This document shows, in pieces, positions 1-4,616 of a stretch of DNA of 5,676 bases. The DNA lies in the IMG/VR virus record IMGVR_UViG_3300038540_000019, positions 1 to 5,676 of that record. One strand, given 5' to 3'. The translations under genes and the position numbers were made by a program. Each line of letters opens with the position of its first letter. The first letter of the stretch is position 1. The notes under the pieces are model-generated. The model ran no database searches and was not told the DNA's origin. It saw only the letters and a list, made by a program, of their open reading frames with translations. The stretch comes from a virus.

Positions 1-107
1 TACTTGATAATAAAGTATACATGCGTACCACTTGTGAAAGGGGGGTTTTTCACCCCCCTTTTTACTTATAGTTTAGTCGCTTGTATAGACTAGGCTTCGC
101 CTTCTTT
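1..107. repeat. Terminal redundancy, copy 1 (identical to 5570-5676); wrap-around of a circular sequence
   Basis: Compared base by base: tacttgataataaagtatac...taggcttcgccttcttt occurs at both window ends. Confidence 0.97.
37..61 (-). terminator. G6/C6 hairpin (HP1) at the end of the VP1 gene block; putative bidirectional intrinsic terminator and/or ssDNA structural element
   Basis: AAAGGGGGGT (37-46) pairs with ACCCCCCTTT (52-61): 10 bp, loop TTTTC. On the coding strand it reads AAAAAGGGGGGU-GAAAA-ACCCCCCUUUCAC, 29 nt downstream of the ORF104 stop. The T-run on the plus-strand side (59-63) is the longer one. Confidence 0.55.
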
Positions 108-404
108 TCCCATCGGTTCTGATGGTTTTTCTGCTTCTTCAAGTCTTTTGTAGTACTCCTGTCTTTTCGCTTGTTTTGCGCTGCTTACTTTGTCCATCGC
201 TTCAACTGCTACTTCGAATCTGTCAGTTCTTACATCATATGCGGGTTGCACTCCTTCTTTTCTTTCCACATATATTAACGGTGCCCCATCTGTTATTGGT
301 TCTTTGAATGTTACAATTCTTTCAACTTTTATTTCGATAGATTCCCCTTGATATGAGGCATTTGTCTTAATCAGACCTTTGTCTCTAATGTTTATTTTTT
401 TCAT
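90..404 (-). CDS. Hypothetical 104-aa protein translationally coupled to VP1; assembly/scaffolding (VP3-like) role is only a positional guess
   Basis: The track ORF 90..431 starts at a GTG (429-431) inside VP1. The first ATG (402-404) lies 1 nt after the VP1 TAA (406-408; TAAgATG), which fits termination-reinitiation. Stop is TAG at 90-92. The C-terminus is charged and acidic (KRLEEAEKPSEPMGKEGEA). I recognise no motif. Confidence 0.7.
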   Translation of the reverse strand: MKKINIRDKGLIKTNASYQGESIEIKVERIVTFKEPITDGAPLIYVERKEGVQPAYDVRTDRFEVAVEAMDKVSSAKQAKRQEYYKRLEEAEKPSEPMGKEGEA

Positions 405-405
405 C

Positions 406-2484
406 TTATAAATTTGGCATAATTTTAGCACTCATTTTCCTTCTTGCATTTACATCCACTCCAATTTGTACCCAAAAGTTTTGTGCTGTTAGGTCAGTTT
501 GAGCGAAAGCGTAATTAAATTGACTTGGGTCAATGTAGGTTGTTAAATCCTTTATTTTCCCTTGTTGAGCATCTGGTTTGTACCGTCTTGCTAATGTCAT
601 GTACATTTCATTTCTTTCGTCTGCGAAATTACCATACAACTTATTAAAGTTTGTCATGTAATTAATCCAAGCTGGCTGTTTTCCTGCGCTTGAATAGATT
701 ATATTATTCGGCTCTAGGTTTTCACTTTTTGTGTCCCAGAATGCCATTTGATCTGTTAATAGGTCTTGGAATCCTATCTCATCTAAGTTAGGTTTGTGAA
801 AGTCGTTGAATGTTTTTAAATTCATTGTCCAATCATTACCCTGATAATAGTCTACTCTTGGGGTGATACTTACAATACCCATAATTATACTAGGTTCGTC
901 TACATGAATTGTCATGCTTCCGCCTTTGTGTTTGTTGGCCATTGTTCCCCTGCCTCCCAACGCTCCCAGCGATTGTTCTCCGCTTCCTGTTGTTGCTGCT
1001 GTTGAACTTACTACCTCTTGAAATATGATTTCTTTGCTTAATCCCCCCATGTACATCGGGGTTTCTGCTTTTCTGTAGCTGTTTGCATCATAAACTGCCT
1101 CTAACCAATCATCATAGCTACCACCACTTACCGCAATTCTATTCAACATGTCATAGACTTTTTTTGATAAGTTTAGCGTGTCTAATGTGAATGAACCATC
1201 GGTTGTGTCAATAGCTGTAATTCCATTAATTCCACTGTCTCCTTCAATCCATTCCGTATTTAACCATGCGTTAAATATATCGCTTTGGTATGTTTTTATC
1301 GCCAATGCTTCCTGACTGTAAAAGCTAGCGCTTTGTCCTGTGCTTCCGTATATGAATGCCTCTTTTAATGGTAAGCAATATGGTTCCCATGTGTTCCATG
1401 CATCAATCATAACTCCATTACTTGCGGCTAGTATTTGTTCCCTCATTCTATCAATGTTATCTAATGGGAATTCCAGTAGATTTATTTGGTCAGCTGCTTC
1501 TGTTAGGCTTATAGGTGCTAGTACATCTGGATCTCCTGCGAATATTGAACCAATATGCATGTTTCCAGTCCATGTGTAGCTAACTTCTGCTTCATACCAA
1601 TAATAATCTGCAACATGTTCAACAAAGTTAAGTGTTTGTTCGTAGTTTGTTCTTACTATTGTGTACTCTCCGGCGGCTTCATCTAGTTTTATCATTTGTA
1701 GCCAGCTTTTTAATGTTCCACCTTCGTTTGTTTTTATAGCTACTTTGATTTTTCCTATACCTAATGCTCCGTCTATACCTGTCAGGTCGCTAGGAATCCA
1801 TTTTGCACTACCTGTGTACCATGTTTGTGGTACAGCTTCATCTGACATTACTATTAAGTAGTCGGCAAAGTTATTTTTGTCTCCGGCTTCTGTATGTATA
1901 CAGTATCCAATTTCTTCCTGTTTGTTTGCATAGTAGTTTTTATAGATATCCCAATATGACAATAGTGCTGTTGCGTTTCTTTCTCCCCATGCGAATTTGA
2001 ATTCTGTGTATTCCTCTGGGCTTGGTAGTCCTCTTAGTCCTAGATAAGCTAATAAGCTACTTTGGTTGAATTGTTGGAATTCTAGTGGTATTGTTTCGAA
2101 TGTTGAGAAGTCGCTCGGTGTTGTTTTTACCTTCATGTATGGCAAGGCTACTGCTTGCATGTTTAAACCTACGTTCAACTTGTTGTTGTGTAGCTGGCTG
2201 TTGTATAATCTCAAAGGGCATTGGAATACATCCAACTGCAATTTAAAGCTAGCGAATAGCGGCCCTAATGTTGGGTGAGTTTTCACATCTGCTCCTAAGT
2301 TAATGTCAAAGGTGTCCCCCGGCAATGCTAGCATGTTCATAAATGGTACAAGTGTACCTGTTGCCATTGTTGATCTCCACACGTAACCAAGATCATGATT
2401 ACTTCTTTCGAATCCGTGTAGGGTTACCCTTTGTTTTTTTCCACTTCCTAGGCGGTCTCCGCCTAATGTTACTGTTTTTGCCAT
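406..2484 (-). CDS. VP1: Major capsid protein VP1 (Microviridae F-type jelly-roll capsid protein), 692 aa
   Basis: Longest ORF; ATG at 2482-2484 preceded by AGGAGG. The N-terminus is HGFERSNHDLG...TGTLVPFMNMLALPGDTFDIN...FKLQLDVFQCPLRLY. This follows the conserved N-terminal pattern of gokushovirus-type VP1 (SFDRS...G.LIP....VLPGDTF....YFFVPLRLLW). Confidence 0.93.
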   Translation of the reverse strand: MAKTVTLGGDRLGSGKKQRVTLHGFERSNHDLGYVWRSTMATGTLVPFMNMLALPGDTFDINLGADVKTHPTLGPLFASFKLQLDVFQCPLRLYNSQLHNNKLNVGLNMQAVALPYMKVKTTPSDFSTFETIPLEFQQFNQSSLLAYLGLRGLPSPEEYTEFKFAWGERNATALLSYWDIYKNYYANKQEEIGYCIHTEAGDKNNFADYLIVMSDEAVPQTWYTGSAKWIPSDLTGIDGALGIGKIKVAIKTNEGGTLKSWLQMIKLDEAAGEYTIVRTNYEQTLNFVEHVADYYWYEAEVSYTWTGNMHIGSIFAGDPDVLAPISLTEAADQINLLEFPLDNIDRMREQILAASNGVMIDAWNTWEPYCLPLKEAFIYGSTGQSASFYSQEALAIKTYQSDIFNAWLNTEWIEGDSGINGITAIDTTDGSFTLDTLNLSKKVYDMLNRIAVSGGSYDDWLEAVYDANSYRKAETPMYMGGLSKEIIFQEVVSSTAATTGSGEQSLGALGGRGTMANKHKGGSMTIHVDEPSIIMGIVSITPRVDYYQGNDWTMNLKTFNDFHKPNLDEIGFQDLLTDQMAFWDTKSENLEPNNIIYSSAGKQPAWINYMTNFNKLYGNFADERNEMYMTLARRYKPDAQQGKIKDLTTYIDPSQFNYAFAQTDLTAQNFWVQIGVDVNARRKMSAKIMPNL

Positions 2485-2747
2485 TAGTTATTTTCCTCCT
2501 TCATTATTTTGTATGTTTCTTCGGCAATTATACCTGCTATTAATGTTATAATATTCCATTTTTCCTGATCAATAATTTTGATCATTTCTTCTAGGCTATT
2601 TGCTGTATATGGTAGCCTGAATTTTCCCCATGTTAAAAATGCTGGTTCTTCATCGTATTTGACTGCTATGAATGGTGTCCCCTCTATTGGTACTCTTTGT
2701 ATTAGTTTACCATCCGAAGCTGAGTTGTTGTTCTTTTGCTTTATCAT
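2484..2747 (-). CDS. Hypothetical protein, 87 aa, immediately upstream of and coupled to VP1
   Basis: ATG at 2745-2747. The TAA stop (2484-2486) overlaps the VP1 ATG by 1 nt (TAATG). The sequence looks globular (GKLIQRVPIEGTPFIAVKYDEEPAFLTWGKFRLPYTANSLEEMIKIIDQEKW). There is no obvious SD, and the start is embedded in the 3' end of the preceding ORF. Confidence 0.6.
   Translation of the reverse strand: MIKQKNNNSASDGKLIQRVPIEGTPFIAVKYDEEPAFLTWGKFRLPYTANSLEEMIKIIDQEKWNIITLIAGIIAEETYKIMKEENN
2495..2500 (-). promoter_or_regulatory. Shine-Dalgarno site for VP1
   Basis: Coding strand reads AAGGAGGaaaataactaATG; AGGAGG lies 10 nt upstream of the VP1 ATG. Confidence 0.75.
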
Positions 2748-2979
2748 TTTTTTCTTTTTTACTGTTGTTTATTATTGTTATTTTACTGTTGTCGCATTCC
2801 GGACTTAATTTTGTTATTTGTCCATCTTTGGAATAGTTGTATTCCTGTTTATCAATTCTGTGTTTGTGTGTTGTGCATTTTGTGCACTCCCATTCGTTTG
2901 GGCTGTAGCCATTCCATCTATGGCGTTTATTTATTTCGTTGCCCTTGCTTATTATTTCACCATCTTCGTTTATTATCAT
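2707..2979 (-). CDS. Hypothetical 90-aa Cys/His-containing protein (possible small zinc-binding module), Lys-rich tail
   Basis: The ATG at 2977-2979 overlaps the stop of the upstream 47-aa ORF (ATGA). It contains RHRW...WECTKCTTHKHR...(about 27 aa)...PEC. The C-terminus is low-complexity (NNSKKEKNDKAKEQQ). Stop is TAA at 2707-2709. Confidence 0.5.
   Translation of the reverse strand: MIINEDGEIISKGNEINKRHRWNGYSPNEWECTKCTTHKHRIDKQEYNYSKDGQITKLSPECDNSKITIINNSKKEKNDKAKEQQLSFGW
2757..2792. repeat. 12-nt direct repeat TTTTACTGTTGT x2 (2757-2768 and 2781-2792), in frame within the 90-aa ORF
   Basis: Read directly from the sequence. The copies are offset by 24 nt, which duplicates the peptide N-S-K in DNSKITIINNSKK. 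Confidence 0.85.
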
Positions 2980-3119
2980 TCACCTAAAATTTCTAAGATT
3001 GCTCTAATTTTTCGTTCGATAATGTGTTCTGCTTCTGCGTTTCGTAGATTTAGTAGTGTCATTAGGACTAGATAGGCTATTTTATAAGCCTTTTTCCATG
3101 ATGTTAGTTTTTTTCTCAT
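2976..3119 (-). CDS. Small ORF, 47 aa (MRKKLTSWKKAYKIAYLVLMTLLNLRNAEAEHIIERKIRAILEILGE), not in the supplied ORF track
   Basis: Hand translation of the minus strand. ATG at 3117-3119 with a strong AGGAGG 5 nt upstream. The TGA stop (2976-2978) overlaps the next ATG (ATGA), so this is the first cistron of the block leading into VP1. Confidence 0.5.
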   Translation of the reverse strand: MRKKLTSWKKAYKIAYLVLMTLLNLRNAEAEHIIERKIRAILEILGE

Positions 3120-3124
3120 ATTTA

Positions 3125-3130
3125 CCTCCT
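3125..3130 (-). promoter_or_regulatory. Shine-Dalgarno site for the 47-aa ORF
   Basis: Coding strand reads GAAAGGAGGtaaatATG. It shares the AAGGAGG core with the VP1 RBS. Confidence 0.7.
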
Positions 3131-3160
3131 TTCTGTTTTTTAGTTTATGCAAATATAATA

Positions 3161-3180
3161 AAAGGGGGTTTCCCCCCTTT
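3161..3180 (-). terminator. G/C hairpin (HP2) with GAAA loop and U-tract on the coding strand; putative intrinsic terminator between the two gene blocks
   Basis: Plus strand: AAAGGGGG-TTTC-CCCCCTTT (8 bp). Coding strand: AAAGGGGG-GAAA-CCCCC followed by UUUUAUUAUAUUU. It lies between the 65-aa ORF region and the RBS of the 47-aa ORF. Confidence 0.6.
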
Positions 3181-3262
3181 ATGTTTTACGACACATTTAA
3201 CATGAATGTTTTACCGTTATCCCATAGTATTAGATAGCCACCTTTCCATTTTATTTCAGTTA

Positions 3263-3460
3263 CTACAGGTTTAACTTGGATTTCTCTAATCTTTTTATGT
3301 CTATAAAGAAACTTGCATATTCGATACTTAATACATCTTGTTTGTAAATTTTGTTTTGTACTTCGAATTTTTGTTCATAAACTTCGAATTTCCATTTACT
3401 AAACATCATACTGGTTTCAACATCTTTCTTTTTCATAATTATATTATTTAAATTAAACAT
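3263..3460 (-). CDS. Hypothetical 65-aa ORF, weak coding evidence; may really extend to 3186 through a -1 frame change
   Basis: ATG at 3458-3460 and TAG at 3263-3265, followed directly by TAA. Very AT-rich, no clear SD, and a possible internal start at 3436. See the finding on the -1 frame continuation. Confidence 0.4.
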   Translation of the reverse strand: MFNLNNIIMKKKDVETSMMFSKWKFEVYEQKFEVQNKIYKQDVLSIEYASFFIDIKRLEKSKLNL

Positions 3461-3674
3461 GCTATATCCATTTGTTATTCAATCGAATAAGATAAAGGGC
3501 GAAGCGAAGCGGAGTTTATATACCCTTTTCGTTTCGAGGGAATAACATAACTTTGCAACGTTTAATTGATAATATATCTGCTCGCATACCACGGCTTAGG
3601 GATTGAAGTGGAAATCCTTTTTGCTTTTGGGCAAAAAGATTGGAGCGTAAAGCCCGACCCGATAGGGGAAGCCC
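3461..3674. other. 214-nt non-coding, G+C-enriched structured spacer downstream of rep (candidate origin, cis element or small RNA)
   Basis: No ATG-initiated ORF with an RBS on either strand. Features seen: tandem pentamers GCGAA-GCGAA-GCGGA (3499-3513) and CCCGA-CCCGA (3653-3662); helices 3500-3508/3528-3536, 3600-3604/3613-3617, 3617-3624/3631-3638 and 3663-3668/3672-3677. Confidence 0.6.
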
Positions 3675-4616
3675 CTAATTTTTATTCTTCTTTAATATAT
3701 TGCGCATACGTTTATAGTGCGCCATTTGCCATGTTTCGCTGTTGTCTCCGAATCCCAGTCTTTTATTTTTTTGTTGTGCTCGTTTTAGTGTTTCTTCGTA
3801 TTGTATTTCATTTTCTTTAATACTTATTTTTTCTCCTAATATGTATCGTTCTTCTTTATCTAGTTTCTCTATCCATAATTTTTCCCGTTCTTCTTCTGTG
3901 TATAATTTATTTCTGTAATATATTGGTAGAGCTAGTTTTAGTCCTGTTCTTGTTCTGTAATATTCTTTTGTATTTTTATCTTTGTATTTATTTATGTTAC
4001 TATCTATTCTTTTTATATAGTTGCTTCCTATTCCTGCGGATGTTAGTATTTTTGCTTTGTATCCTTTATGGTCTGTGTCTATTTTAGTGACGTATTTTAC
4101 TATATAGTTTACCGTTCTTTCGTTTACGTAGTCACCAATATATGTATGTCCATATGTCCATATTTTTTTTATGTCCTCTATTTCATTTGTCCATATTATA
4201 CCGTGTATATGTATTCTTTCTGTGTTGTTGTGTCCTAGTTCTGTTATTAACCAGTGTTTTACTGATTTTTTATATTTTTTTCTCCATCGTTCTAGGAATC
4301 TCCTTGTTCCTAGTTTTGCAATTTCATTTTCTATTAGTTCTTCTGGTGTTATTGTTTTTATAACTTCTTTTTTTAATTTTTGGAGTTCTCCCTCTTCGAA
4401 TGTGAGTGTTACGAACTTTCCATTTCTGTTATTTCTTATTTCTTCATTTAGTCTAACTTGCCATTCTCTGGATTTTTGTTTTCTGCATTCTATGCAGTTA
4501 CCGCAACCTATTGGCACTTTTGTTACTCTTATATCATTAATGGGGGGTATTATCCCCCCATTTTTTTTGGTTGCTTTATACTTTGGATTATCTATTAATT
4601 TTGGATATAAGCACAT
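3675..4616 (-). CDS. VP4: Replication initiation protein VP4 (HUH rolling-circle endonuclease, phiX174 gene A superfamily), 313 aa
   Basis: N-terminal MCLYP...CGNCIECRKQKSREWQVRLNEE is typical of microvirus VP4. RCR motif 1 is FVTLTF, motif 2 is HIHGIIW (H-u-H), and motif 3 is NYIVKYVTK (YxxKYxxK, compare phiX A YVAKYVNK). The ATG at 4614-4616 overlaps the VP2 TAA by 1 nt (TAATG). Confidence 0.93.
   Translation of the reverse strand: MCLYPKLIDNPKYKATKKNGGIIPPINDIRVTKVPIGCGNCIECRKQKSREWQVRLNEEIRNNRNGKFVTLTFEEGELQKLKKEVIKTITPEELIENEIAKLGTRRFLERWRKKYKKSVKHWLITELGHNNTERIHIHGIIWTNEIEDIKKIWTYGHTYIGDYVNERTVNYIVKYVTKIDTDHKGYKAKILTSAGIGSNYIKRIDSNINKYKDKNTKEYYRTRTGLKLALPIYYRNKLYTEEEREKLWIEKLDKEERYILGEKISIKENEIQYEETLKRAQQKNKRLGFGDNSETWQMAHYKRMRNILKKNKN
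4539..4562. other. G6/C6 hairpin (HP3) embedded in the 5' part of the rep coding sequence
   Basis: AATGGGGGG (4539-4547) pairs with CCCCCCATT (4554-4562): 9 bp, loop TATTAT. T8 follows on the plus strand. It encodes Rep residues G-G-I-I-P-P as GGG GGG ATA ATA CCC CCC. Confidence 0.7.

Noticed and set aside
2-29. dif/XerCD-like site on the coding strand (GGTACGCATGT-ATACTT-TATTATCAAGT versus E. coli dif GGTGCGCATAA-TGTATA-TTATGTTAAAT), considered because some microviruses exist as prophages
   Set aside because: The XerC-arm match is 8/11, but the XerD arm matches only about 6-7/11 under any spacer length. The comparison also uses the E. coli consensus, not that of the unknown host, so it is not supportable from sequence alone.
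347-353. Second CTTGATA heptamer (CCCCTTGATATGAGG) on the plus strand
   Set aside because: It lies inside the 104-aa CDS with no flanking hairpin or repeats. It is kept only as a control showing that the heptamer arises by chance on this T-rich strand.
405-431. N-terminal extension of the 104-aa ORF from the track start at 431
   Set aside because: The codon at 429-431 is GTG, lies inside VP1 and has no RBS. The ATG at 402-404, 1 nt after the VP1 stop, is the more parsimonious start.
1043-1061. C6...G4 hairpin with palindromic loop (CCCC-ATGTACAT-C-GGGG) inside VP1
   Set aside because: The arrangement is the reverse of the three-member family (C-run first). The stem is only 4 bp with a bulge, there are no A/T flanks, and the sequence is explained by the peptide TPMYMGG. 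It is probably incidental.
3595-3617. CRISPR-repeat-like string (CTTAGGGATTGAAGTGG; ATTGAAG resembles the ATTGAAA(C/G) 3' handle of type I/III repeats), considered as a solitary repeat or RNA anti-CRISPR
   Set aside because: There is only one copy and no second repeat or spacer periodicity anywhere in the window. The upstream part lacks the usual repeat hairpin. A 7-nt resemblance is too weak without a match to a host array, which a BLASTN against CRISPR repeat databases could test.
3461-3674. tRNA, tmRNA-like or known riboswitch/ribozyme folds in the spacer (searched by eye for a T-loop GTTCGAATC-type arm, a cloverleaf, and twister/pistol-like cores)
   Set aside because: I found no acceptor, D, anticodon and T arm arrangement and no convincing match to any consensus I can recall. 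AAGCCC-type strings are too short to call. An Infernal/Rfam scan is needed to be sure.
90-3677. Genome-wide TAG stop-codon reassignment (TAG ends the 104-aa ORF, ORF65 and rep)
   Set aside because: VP1, VP2 and VP4 are full length under the standard code with no internal TAG. The ORF65 TAG is followed immediately by TAA, and the ORF104 TAG by a TAA 7 codons later. Only the rep case leaves a long open frame, and that is reported separately as possible local readthrough.
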